Shown here: positions 47,253 to 56,044 of the stretch, piece after piece
Position numbering within the stretch: position 1 is the stretch's first letter
Layout: every line of letters starts with the position of its first letter
DNA from: Verrucomicrobiia bacterium
GTDB lineage: Bacteria; Verrucomicrobiota; Verrucomicrobiia; JADLBR01; JAIBCM01
Assembly (NCBI GenBank): GCA_019694135.1
Contig: JAIBCM010000005.1
Span: 34,541 to 98,540 of the forward strand
DNA length: 64,000 nucleotides
Direction of reading: 5' to 3'
Position numbers and translations under genes: made by a program
Notes under the pieces: generated by a model
The model's database searches: none
Told to the model about the DNA's origin: nothing
Seen by the model: the letters and a program-made list of their open reading frames with translations, nothing else

Positions 47253-49055
47253 TCAATTAATTCGCCCAAATTTTTTCTCTAATTCGTTATGATTCAACAA
47301 AATAAGCGTCGGCCGACCGTGAGGACAAGTATAAGGTAAATCGCAAGCCAACAAATCTTCAATCAACCGATCCACTTCCTCATTGCGAATTTTGTCATTG
47401 GCTTTAATCGCTTTTCGACAAACCGCGCGAACGATGACTTCTTCACTGAAATGACGTTTTGCCTTCGTTTCATTGCCTTGGATTTGCAGCTCATCCAAAA
47501 TATCCTGAGTCAAAGAGGCAATTTTTTCGTGAGGAAAAAAAGGAGGCACAGCTTCAATAATAAAACTATTTTTACCAAACTCCTGAATCACTAACCCTGC
47601 TTTTTCCAAAAAATCTCGGATCGATTTCAAAAAAGCAGTTTGCGAAGGTGAAAGTTCTAATGAAATAGGAACTAACAACCGCTGGCTTACCGCCACACCG
47701 GCGATTTTCTGTTTCAGCACTCGTTCGAATAGAACCCGCTCGTGAGCCGCATGTTGATCAATAATCACCAACCCTTGCTCCGATTCAGCAATAATATAAA
47801 GCCTCTGAACAATACCCAAAAGCCGCAATCTCAAAGGCCCATAATTTTCGTAACCCTTACTTTGCGTCTGAGGTTGAACCCGCGACAAAGGTAAAGGCAG
47901 ATCCAAAGGCATCACCTCGGGTTGAGGCAAAGGACTTGGCACAACAATATGATTATTATTAAAAGACTGTTCAACTGCTTGGGAAAAAGCATAACCCTTA
48001 TCAACAACAGGAGCCAATGGGGCAGGCACTCCATTACTCAAAGAAACCGTTAAAGGCGCAGGTTGAGGGGCTTGAAGCGCGTTTCGAATAGCAGCCACTA
48101 AAAATTGGCGAATCTGAAAATCTTCGCGAAACCGAATCTCACGTTTAGCAGGATGCACATTCACATCGACCGTTTCCGCAGGAACTTTCAAAAAAAGAAC
48201 CGCAATAGGGTGTCGCCCTTTCATCAAAGCATTTTGATAGCCCTCGCGAATCGCATAATACAACGTGCGACTCTCCACAGGACGCGCATTCACAAACCAA
48301 TACTCATCCGTTTTCGCACTGCGACTCACACCCGCTCGCCCAATCCAACCCTCTAAACACAAACCATGCTCCTGCGCCTTCACCAGCACTAACTGTTTCA
48401 CCCATTCGCCCCCCAACACATCCTCCAAACGCCGCTCTCCCGAAGAAGTCGCAGGCAATTGATAAAGCGTTTTGTTATCGACTCGATAAGTCCATCCCAC
48501 ACCAGGATGCGCCAAAGCATAAGTTCGAAACAACTGCTCCAAATGTCCCGCCTCCGTTTCCACCGAACGCAAAAACTTTCGGCGACCGGGCACATTAAAA
48601 AAAAGATTTTTTACTTCGATCTGCGTCCCAACAGGCACGCCAACCTCCTTCACCGTCTCAATTTTTCCACCAGCAATAAAAACCTCTGTGCCGCCAGCCG
48701 CGCCCGTTTCTGCTGTGCGCAACCGAAACCTCGAAATCGAAGCAATACTCGGAATCGCCTCACCTCGAAAACCCAAAGTATGAATCGCTTGAATATCTTG
48801 CGTGGTTCGCACCTTGCTCGTAGCGTGCCGCTCCAGACAAAGCAATGCATCATGACGATCCATTCCTTGACCATCATCCGTCACACGAACAAGTTGACGC
48901 CCACCAACTTCCACTTCGATATCAATTTTTTTTGCGCCCGCATCAATACTATTTTCAATCAACTCTTTTAAAACCGACGCAGGCCGCTCAATCACTTCCC
49001 CCGCAGCAATCTGATTCGCCACTAATTCATCGAGAAGCTGAATGCGATTAGGCAT
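47253..49055 (-). CDS. mutL: DNA mismatch repair endonuclease MutL
   Basis: NQIAAGEVIERP, ELIENSIDAG, GFRGEA, DQHAAHER, ACDLPYTCPHGRP. Confidence 0.97.
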   Translation of the reverse strand: MPNRIQLLDELVANQIAAGEVIERPASVLKELIENSIDAGAKKIDIEVEVGGRQLVRVTDDGQGMDRHDALLCLERHATSKVRTTQDIQAIHTLGFRGEAIPSIASISRFRLRTAETGAAGGTEVFIAGGKIETVKEVGVPVGTQIEVKNLFFNVPGRRKFLRSVETEAGHLEQLFRTYALAHPGVGWTYRVDNKTLYQLPATSSGERRLEDVLGGEWVKQLVLVKAQEHGLCLEGWIGRAGVSRSAKTDEYWFVNARPVESRTLYYAIREGYQNALMKGRHPIAVLFLKVPAETVDVNVHPAKREIRFREDFQIRQFLVAAIRNALQAPQPAPLTVSLSNGVPAPLAPVVDKGYAFSQAVEQSFNNNHIVVPSPLPQPEVMPLDLPLPLSRVQPQTQSKGYENYGPLRLRLLGIVQRLYIIAESEQGLVIIDQHAAHERVLFERVLKQKIAGVAVSQRLLVPISLELSPSQTAFLKSIRDFLEKAGLVIQEFGKNSFIIEAVPPFFPHEKIASLTQDILDELQIQGNETKAKRHFSEEVIVRAVCRKAIKANDKIRNEEVDRLIEDLLACDLPYTCPHGRPTLILLNHNELEKKFGRIN

Positions 49056-49067
49056 GAAATTTGTGCT

Positions 49068-49982
49068 TCAACTATTTTTGAGACCGATTAATTCCAACAG
49101 CCTCGTCAAATCATCTGCATTATAATAATCCATCTCAAGCCGGCCTTTGCCCTTTTTGTCGGGATGTTGAACAATACGCACATTCGTTGTCAGATGCTGA
49201 CGAAGTCGCGCTTCCAAATCGCGAAGATAAGCGGGCTGCGAAAAAGCTGAAGAAGCGCTGGAACGCACTCGCGAGCGTTTCGTTTTTGCCACCCCTTGGA
49301 TCAAAATCTCCACCTGTCGCACCGAAAGATTTTCTTTTATGATGCGATCTGCAATCTGTCGCTGCAAAGAAGCTTCTTTCACTCCCAACAAAACTTTAGC
49401 ATGCCCTGGAGATAAAAGATCTTGTGCCACGAAATTTTTGACGCCTGCTTCCAATTCCAAAAGTCGCAACGCATTCGCCACACTCGCGCGCGCTTTCCCC
49501 ACTTTTTGCGCGATTTGGTCTTGAGTGAGATCATATTGAGTTTGCAACTGAGCATAACCTTCTGCTTCCTCAATCGCATTGAGATCTTGTCGTTGCAAAT
49601 TTTCGATAAGCGCAATTTCCAACAATTCTTCATCATTCGGTGAACGCACAATCACGGGAATTTCCTGCAGTTGAGCCAACTGCGCTGCGCGCCAGCGACG
49701 TTCCCCAGCAATAATTTCGTAATGATCGCCCTTCCTACGAACCAATAAAGGTTGTAAAATGCCTTGGGTGCGAATGCTAGCAGCCAGCTCTTCCAGACTT
49801 TCTGTAGAAAAATTTTTGCGCGGTTGAAAAGGACAAGGTTGCAATAAATGATGAGAAATTTTTTGAACCGTGTCTTGCGAAGGCAACGCGCGAACCGGAT
49901 TGGAATTGGCATTCAAGAGCGCGTCCAAGCCACGTCCCAGCGGCCCAGAAGATTTGGAAGATTTAGCAGGTTGAGTTGACAT
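49068..49982 (-). CDS. parB: ParB/Spo0J partition protein
   Basis: LGRGLDALL, FQPRKNF, GILQPLLVR, IIAGERRWRA, ENLQRQDL, HTH. Confidence 0.93.
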   Translation of the reverse strand: MSTQPAKSSKSSGPLGRGLDALLNANSNPVRALPSQDTVQKISHHLLQPCPFQPRKNFSTESLEELAASIRTQGILQPLLVRRKGDHYEIIAGERRWRAAQLAQLQEIPVIVRSPNDEELLEIALIENLQRQDLNAIEEAEGYAQLQTQYDLTQDQIAQKVGKARASVANALRLLELEAGVKNFVAQDLLSPGHAKVLLGVKEASLQRQIADRIIKENLSVRQVEILIQGVAKTKRSRVRSSASSAFSQPAYLRDLEARLRQHLTTNVRIVQHPDKKGKGRLEMDYYNADDLTRLLELIGLKNS

Positions 49983-50017
49983 TGCAGAAGATTAAACTTT
50001 TGTTAAGATCACGTCAA
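49982..50017. promoter_or_regulatory. Overlapping divergent promoters: TTGACG-N17-TAATCT (minus, parB) and TTGCAG-N16-TAAGAT (plus, DUF192)
   Basis: Both read directly from the 37-bp gap; the parB -10 ends 6 nt before its ATG. Confidence 0.55.
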
Positions 50018-50019
50018 TC

Positions 50020-50451
50020 ATGAGCCGCTGGTTATTTGTAAGTATCTTTATTTTTTGGACCATCACAGGTTGTTCATCTCACCAAGAAGAACTGCAAATT
50101 TTAAAGATTGATCAAAAAGAGTTAAAAATCGAGCTCGCCGATTCACCACAAGAATGGGCCAAAGGGCTCATGTATCGAAAAACGCTACCTAAAAATCAAG
50201 GCATGCTTTTTGCATTTCCTCAAGCGCGGCGCGCTTCGTTTTGGATGCAAAACACTTATGTGCCACTCTCCATTGCTTTCATCAATCGCGAAGGCGAAAT
50301 TCTCGAAATTCATGATATGCAGCCTTTGGATGCCACGCCAATTCAAAGTTTAAGCAGCGATATTTGGTTTGCTCTGGAAGTAAATCAAGGCTGGTTTGAA
50401 CGGAATGGAGTCGAAGTTGGCGATAAAATAGAAGTGAAACATAAGAAATAA
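50020..50451 (+). CDS. DUF192 domain lipoprotein
   Basis: Lipobox ITGC; ELAD....AKGLMYR, GMLF.F, FWMQNT..PLSIAFI, ALEVNQG. Confidence 0.88.
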   Translation: MSRWLFVSIFIFWTITGCSSHQEELQILKIDQKELKIELADSPQEWAKGLMYRKTLPKNQGMLFAFPQARRASFWMQNTYVPLSIAFINREGEILEIHDMQPLDATPIQSLSSDIWFALEVNQGWFERNGVEVGDKIEVKHKK

Positions 50452-50483
50452 AAAGCTTTTTATTTCTCTGTGTTCTCTGTGGC
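50444..50483. repeat. 24-bp perfect palindrome plus a TCTCTGTGTTCTCTGTGG short repeat at a convergent junction
   Basis: AGAAATAAAAAGCTTTTTATTTCT at 50444-50467; TCTCTGTG occurs twice. Confidence 0.6.
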
Positions 50484-51350
50484 TTAAAGCTTTTTGACTA
50501 AATAATAAGTCGACCAGGTTTGGTGTGCCTCCAAATAAGTCATCTTTTTTCCCGAATTCAATGCATTCGGCGGCGCACTCCAAGGTTCCACACAAAGATA
50601 AGGAGAATCCAATTTCGCTGTCCAAAGCGCGCAACAGGGCAAAGTATTGCCATCGGCTTCAATGACTGTGGTTGCACCCGAATCGCGATTGACCAGTTCA
50701 AAATGAAACTGAGTAATTCCCTCATAAAAACGCGTCTGCGCCAAAGAAGAATTCAAAAGAATTTCTTTTGCTTCGGGCTTGATCGGATCCGCAGCGGGTC
50801 CACTCACCAAATAAAGTGCTTCCGCCTCCGGAACGCGCAAAAGATAAGCCGATTGCGGTGCGTCTAGCTGAAAATAAGGATGAAAACCCAAATGAATCGG
50901 CATGGGTTCCGAAGATAAATTTTTAATCTGCGCTTCAGTTTTTAATCCTGCCTCGCTCAAAGTATAAGTCAGTTGAAATTCAAAATCCCACGGAAAAAGA
51001 AGTTGAGTTAACGAATTACTAGCAAGAAAAAGTGTTGCCGAATCCGAAGTGTGATGAACCAATTTCCAAGGCAGATAACGAGCAAAACCGTGTTGCGGCA
51101 GGGTGAACGATTTATTTTGATGGTGATAAATATGCAGTTGATCGTTATGGCTCACCTTTCCCGCAATGGGAAAAAGAATCGGACTGCCAAAATAAATTTG
51201 TTTGGGGTAAAGCGACCAAGCATTTTCGGGAAAATGAATAACAGGCCGATTTTCCACCGTGTAAGAAAATAACATTCCGCCACAAGCAGGAGCAATGCGC
51301 GCTTGCTGATTTTGATATTGCAGCGTGAGAAAAGGCTCAGGCGAGTTCAT
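50484..51350 (-). CDS. Aldose 1-epimerase family protein
   Basis: PILFP, HGFAR, GFHPYF, CVEPW. Confidence 0.85.
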   Translation of the reverse strand: MNSPEPFLTLQYQNQQARIAPACGGMLFSYTVENRPVIHFPENAWSLYPKQIYFGSPILFPIAGKVSHNDQLHIYHHQNKSFTLPQHGFARYLPWKLVHHTSDSATLFLASNSLTQLLFPWDFEFQLTYTLSEAGLKTEAQIKNLSSEPMPIHLGFHPYFQLDAPQSAYLLRVPEAEALYLVSGPAADPIKPEAKEILLNSSLAQTRFYEGITQFHFELVNRDSGATTVIEADGNTLPCCALWTAKLDSPYLCVEPWSAPPNALNSGKKMTYLEAHQTWSTYYLVKKL

Positions 51351-52443
51351 TAGGAACTGAGGTTAAATCGAGTTGGAGCAGGAGCAATTCTAATTTTTGA
51401 TAAGGTTCTGTACCGCCTTCAAAAAAATGAAAATAAGCATAAAAAATAGTTTCCAAATTATGCAACCAATGCGAAAGCGGCTGTTTACCCGCCTGATTGG
51501 CTACCCGAGCAATTCGAAAAGGCGTAGGCAATTTTCCCTCTGCATTGCGCGTGAAAATCGTTTCTGCTTCAGGCCTCCACTTCACTGTGTAACCAGAACT
51601 CGGCATTAACCATTTTTTATCCAATAAAATACGACATTGCACAACCAATCGAATGTGATGAGCTAGATTTACCAAAAGTCCCATGGGATTTTCTTCCTGA
51701 AATTGAAGTTGCCTCAATAAAACAATGGCGCGATCAAATCGATTTTCCACCACTGCATCGCACCACGCCCACAGACTCTCTTCGCTCGAGGGCGAAATCA
51801 TTTGTTCCACATCATCCAATGTAATCTGAGATTCTTGTGCGGAGTATAAATAAACCTTTTCCGCTTCCTGTTGCAACAATCGATGATCCAAACCACAAAG
51901 TTGCACCATCGCATCAATCGCTCGAGGGTCAATGCGTTTACTCCAATTCTTAAAAAGCGTCTCCACAAAATGAGCCGCTTGATTTTCCCAATTCCTTTTT
52001 TGCCCTGTCGTTGGAAGATCGAACACTTCAGTTCGACAAAGTTTCTCTAACTGTTTGAAAGCAGTGCGACGCTTGTCAGGTTTTGGAGCCGATAGTAAAA
52101 AAAGGGCTCCCGGCAAAATCCCCTTCTCTCCTTTTTCCAAAAGCTCAATCAGCGTCTCCACCGCTTCCTGCACTGCTTCGGATCGATTAAAAGGCAGATC
52201 ACTCAGAAAAGTTGCGTTCTTTAGCCAAACTAATTTTTTATCGCCCAATAAACTCGAAGTTTGTAACGCTTCCAACGTTTTTCCTAAAATTGTCAGCGTG
52301 GCATCCGCGCTGTCCACCCAACCATCCAAAATTTCTAAAGCCCACTCATTTTGAGGTGAAAGCTGTTCGCAAAGCTTTTTAGCGCGCTGCTTAACCTGAA
52401 GCTCGTCGGAACCGGTAATAAAATAAGCGGATTGGTTTACCAT
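51337..52443 (-). CDS. holA: DNA polymerase III delta subunit
   Basis: YFITGSDE, LQTSSLLGDKKLVWLK, PDKRR, L.QEAEKV.LY, LW.WCDA. Confidence 0.78.
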   Translation of the reverse strand: MVNQSAYFITGSDELQVKQRAKKLCEQLSPQNEWALEILDGWVDSADATLTILGKTLEALQTSSLLGDKKLVWLKNATFLSDLPFNRSEAVQEAVETLIELLEKGEKGILPGALFLLSAPKPDKRRTAFKQLEKLCRTEVFDLPTTGQKRNWENQAAHFVETLFKNWSKRIDPRAIDAMVQLCGLDHRLLQQEAEKVYLYSAQESQITLDDVEQMISPSSEESLWAWCDAVVENRFDRAIVLLRQLQFQEENPMGLLVNLAHHIRLVVQCRILLDKKWLMPSSGYTVKWRPEAETIFTRNAEGKLPTPFRIARVANQAGKQPLSHWLHNLETIFYAYFHFFEGGTEPYQKLELLLLQLDLTSVPNELA

Positions 52444-52466
52444 GTCACAATTAGACTAGATAAATC

Positions 52467-52496
52467 ATTTCAAATTTGAAATTTCAAATTTGAAAT
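52467..52496. repeat. Tandem 14-bp repeat made of overlapping 16-bp palindromes ATTTCAAATTTGAAAT
   Basis: Located in the divergent holA/HIT intergenic region. Confidence 0.65.
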
Positions 52497-52525
52497 TAAA
52501 GTTAAGTGCGCTTAACTCTGAATCT

Positions 52526-53005
52526 ATGGAATGGCTACACGCGCCTTGGCGAATGGAATATCTCACACAAAAAGGAGAAGATCGGCGTTGGATTTTTCAG
52601 GAAATCATCCAATCCAACGAAGACGAAAAAAATCTGGTCCTAGTGAGAGCAAAAAGTTGCTTAGCGCTACTGAATAAATTTCCTTACAGCACTGCCCACA
52701 CAATGATTGTGCCTTATCGTATTATCGGCGATTGGACCGATTTGTCTGAAACCGAAATGCTAGAGCTTATGACATTAAGTCAGCGTCTAATCAAAGTTAT
52801 CCAACAAGAATTCAAACCTGATGGCATAAATCTGGGAGTTAACTTAGGCGCCGCAGCAGGCGCAGGCATCGAAAATCATTTGCATCTTCATATCGTGCCA
52901 CGCTGGTTAGGCGATCACAATTTCATGACTGTAGTCGGCGCCACACGTGTTTACCCAAGTGAACTTCCGGAAATTTGGAGGCGGTTGAAACTTCATCTCA
53001 CTTAA
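52526..53005 (+). CDS. HIT family hydrolase (start MEWLHAPW at 52526)
   Basis: LHAPWRM.Y, LNKFPY, NLG..AGAGI..HLHLHIVPRW. Confidence 0.9.
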   Translation: MEWLHAPWRMEYLTQKGEDRRWIFQEIIQSNEDEKNLVLVRAKSCLALLNKFPYSTAHTMIVPYRIIGDWTDLSETEMLELMTLSQRLIKVIQQEFKPDGINLGVNLGAAAGAGIENHLHLHIVPRWLGDHNFMTVVGATRVYPSELPEIWRRLKLHLT

Positions 53006-53540
53006 AACTCATCGCCTTATTAATCAACCGAAGCAAGTTTCTATCTAAATTAAGATATCTCGTTTCTTCAAAAGAAAACCATTTTAATTCATGGCTTTCA
53101 TCGCTGACTTGCAAATCGTCACGTTGCGAAGCCGCAAAAACAAATCGAACATCATAATGAAAATGAGCCGGCTCCTGGCGCTTAGCATTCACAGGAATTT
53201 CATGAATATCGAGATCGATAAAAGTTTGAGAGAAAACTTTTAAAGAAGTCATCCCTGATTCCTCTAGCGCCTCACGATAAGCCACCTCCAAAATGTTCTC
53301 ATTGCCATCGCAGTGACCACCAAATTGCAGCCATTTATTTAAGATGCGATGATGGTTGAGTAAAATGGATCGGTTTTCAGGATCGATAATTAGCGCACTA
53401 CCAGTAAAATGAGCCGGAAAACAATCGCGATAAAAGCATCGTGGCTCATTTTGAAGTAAATGTAACATTTTGAATCGAAAATCTTCCTCATCTGAAGATA
53501 AAAACGACGCATTCTGCAAACTACTCAATAATGAAAACAT
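52998..53540 (-). CDS. NUDIX hydrolase
   Basis: Nudix box GHCDGNENILEVAYREALEESG; HFTGSA, HYDVRF. Confidence 0.9.
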   Translation of the reverse strand: MFSLLSSLQNASFLSSDEEDFRFKMLHLLQNEPRCFYRDCFPAHFTGSALIIDPENRSILLNHHRILNKWLQFGGHCDGNENILEVAYREALEESGMTSLKVFSQTFIDLDIHEIPVNAKRQEPAHFHYDVRFVFAASQRDDLQVSDESHELKWFSFEETRYLNLDRNLLRLINKAMSFK

Positions 53541-53624
53541 ATATGATATTATCTTCGATAGAATTTTTACTGCAATGATAGAACTAGCGCTTTTTAATAA
53601 AAATAGGTAATCTCACAAAAAATT

Positions 53625-54602
53625 ATGAAATTAAAAGATTTGAAATTAGCTTTTTTGATGGTTTTTTTATCAGGCTGTGCAGCGCCTCGGCAACAATTGA
53701 ATTTGCCTTATGAACGCATGATGCCTGCGGATGAAGTAACACGACTACATATTTTCTTGGATCGAAGTGGGTTCGGACCGGGTAAACTGGATGGACAACG
53801 CGGCGAATTTACCGAAAAAGCATTGGAGCGTTTTGCTCGTTCGCGCGGGTTAAAAGCTAATTCTCCTGACCAAATCGAACGTCAGTTGCCGCTTCGCCAA
53901 ATCAATCCGATTTACACTTTTTACCGAATTACTCCCACTGATGCTGCTCGAGTCGGCTCTTTGTCTGAAAAAGTGGAAGATCAAGCCAAACAGCGCGGAT
54001 TGCCTTACACCTCTTTACTGGAATTCGTGGCGGAACGTTATCATAGCGATCGCGCTTTTATCCGAGCCATTAATCCCGGGAAAAATCTAAATCAACTTCG
54101 CGTGGGTGACACGGTTCGGGTGCCAAATGTAGCGCCTTTTCAAATCGAAACCTTGCGACAAAACGGTTACCTAATTCCAGCTAATCCCGCATTATCCAAT
54201 CGCCATGTGGAAGTTAATCTGCATGCGCGCATGTTAGAAGTTTTTGAAGGAAAGCGACTCATCGCGGCTTTCCCCATTACTCCCGGCTCCAGCTCCATTC
54301 CCGCGCCGCGCGGAAATTGGAAAATTGTCGTAATGGCTTCGATGCCTTATTTTCGACATGACGAAAAAATGTTAAACGAGGGCATTCAAAGCACCAACTT
54401 TCATCAGTTACCACCTGGCCCGAATAGTCCTGTAGGCGTCATGTGGATGGGTTTGAATCGTCGAGGCATCGGACTGCATGGCACCAACAATCCTGAAACC
54501 ATTGGCCGCGCAGCAAGTCATGGATGCATTCGTTTAGCCAACTGGGATTCCGTAAAGTTAAGTCGACTCGTCTCAGTAGGCACACCTGTGATCATTCGTT
54601 GA
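53625..54602 (+). CDS. L,D-transpeptidase (YkuD) lipoprotein
   Basis: Lipobox LSGC; GIGLHGT...IGRAASHGCIRL catalytic His/Cys. Confidence 0.9.
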   Translation: MKLKDLKLAFLMVFLSGCAAPRQQLNLPYERMMPADEVTRLHIFLDRSGFGPGKLDGQRGEFTEKALERFARSRGLKANSPDQIERQLPLRQINPIYTFYRITPTDAARVGSLSEKVEDQAKQRGLPYTSLLEFVAERYHSDRAFIRAINPGKNLNQLRVGDTVRVPNVAPFQIETLRQNGYLIPANPALSNRHVEVNLHARMLEVFEGKRLIAAFPITPGSSSIPAPRGNWKIVVMASMPYFRHDEKMLNEGIQSTNFHQLPPGPNSPVGVMWMGLNRRGIGLHGTNNPETIGRAASHGCIRLANWDSVKLSRLVSVGTPVIIR

Positions 54603-54614
54603 TTTGAATGAAAC

Positions 54615-56039
54615 TTGATTGCGTCTAAGATAAAGAATATGAATCGAACTATTGCTCGCATCGCTTGGATTGTTGGAATTTTACTTTTACTCCTTATCAT
54701 TGCCGTGGGATCGGCAAATTATTATATCAACCAACCCGCTTTCAAAACGCGCGTGGAAAAAATGGTGTCAAAAGTGGTCAAAATGCCGGTAAAATTTGAC
54801 GCATTAAAAATCCGTTGGGACGGCATCCGAGTTAAAAATCTTACCCTGCCCTACGCCGATGGCAAAAGTCAGACTCCCTTTGCTCAAGCTAAAAACCTAG
54901 GACTTTCCTTTTCTTTTTTGCGTTTGCTAACAGGAAAAGTGGTTTTAGACGCCATTATTTTGGACGCCCCTCGCATAACGCTCCAAGAATTTTCAACTGG
55001 AAAAGGCAATAAAATAGAACTCCCGAAAAATCCTAAAAAAGCCGAAGAAAAAAAATCGACAAACGAACAAGAAAATCAAACACCAGCACTTCCAGAAACT
55101 GAAGAACCTTCCTTGCCCACTCAAGCCCCTAAACAAAATCGTTTTGGCATCGATGAAGTAGAAGTCGCCGATGGCATGTTTCAATTTTTGGATAGCAAAC
55201 AAAAAGCCAAAGTGCGCTGTGAAGGCATTCAAGCGAGTGGAGATTTTCTTACTGCTCCCAACGAATTGCAAAGTCAAGGCTCGCTAAAAATTCAAACCAT
55301 TGTAATCGATCCCAACATCGAGTTAACTCATTTTAAATCACCTATTACCTATACCAACGAAGTTTTGCTTTTACCCAATTTTCAAAGCGATCTTTATCAA
55401 GGAAAAATTTCTGGCCGTTTTCGCGCGCGTTTTAATAAAGAACAAAAACCGTTCCGCAGCAAAATCAATGTCACAGACTTTGATTTGAAAAATTTTATAG
55501 AAACACGCAGCGACAAAAAAAGTCCAATCGCCGGCAAAGGCAATCTTAATTTTGAAGGGCAAGGCGCTTTCGAAGACGCCAAAAACATCACAGGAAAAGG
55601 CGATTTTCTTGTAAAATCTTTTGAAGCAGAAGGTCTAAAATTTTTTCGTGAAATAGGAAGTGTAATCGGTGTTCCGGGCTTAGCCGATATTACTTTTGAT
55701 GAAGTGATCGGAAATTTTTATATCAAAAATCAACAAGTCATTATCGAAAGGGTAGAAACTCGACCTAAAAGCAACACAACTTTCATGGAAGGCCAAGGCA
55801 TCATCGATTTTGAAGGAAATTTAAATTTCAGTGGCTCAATCACACTGAATTCCGGTTTAATTGGAGGACTTGGTCAACTATTGAACAAAGTCAAAATTAA
55901 AAGCAAAGAAGGCACGATCACCATTCCCTTTAAAGTTACCGGAACAACAGAAAATCCAAAAGTCCAAATTATTTCCTTCGACGGAGCTGGGGAAGCAATA
56001 AAAGGGCTGCTGGATTTGATCCCGGACATTAAATTTTAA
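54615..56039 (+). CDS. AsmA family protein
   Basis: N-terminal TM, beta-taco-like strands, LYQGKISG, IPFKVTGTTENPKV. Confidence 0.75.
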   Translation: MIASKIKNMNRTIARIAWIVGILLLLLIIAVGSANYYINQPAFKTRVEKMVSKVVKMPVKFDALKIRWDGIRVKNLTLPYADGKSQTPFAQAKNLGLSFSFLRLLTGKVVLDAIILDAPRITLQEFSTGKGNKIELPKNPKKAEEKKSTNEQENQTPALPETEEPSLPTQAPKQNRFGIDEVEVADGMFQFLDSKQKAKVRCEGIQASGDFLTAPNELQSQGSLKIQTIVIDPNIELTHFKSPITYTNEVLLLPNFQSDLYQGKISGRFRARFNKEQKPFRSKINVTDFDLKNFIETRSDKKSPIAGKGNLNFEGQGAFEDAKNITGKGDFLVKSFEAEGLKFFREIGSVIGVPGLADITFDEVIGNFYIKNQQVIIERVETRPKSNTTFMEGQGIIDFEGNLNFSGSITLNSGLIGGLGQLLNKVKIKSKEGTITIPFKVTGTTENPKVQIISFDGAGEAIKGLLDLIPDIKF

Positions 56040-56044
56040 AAATC

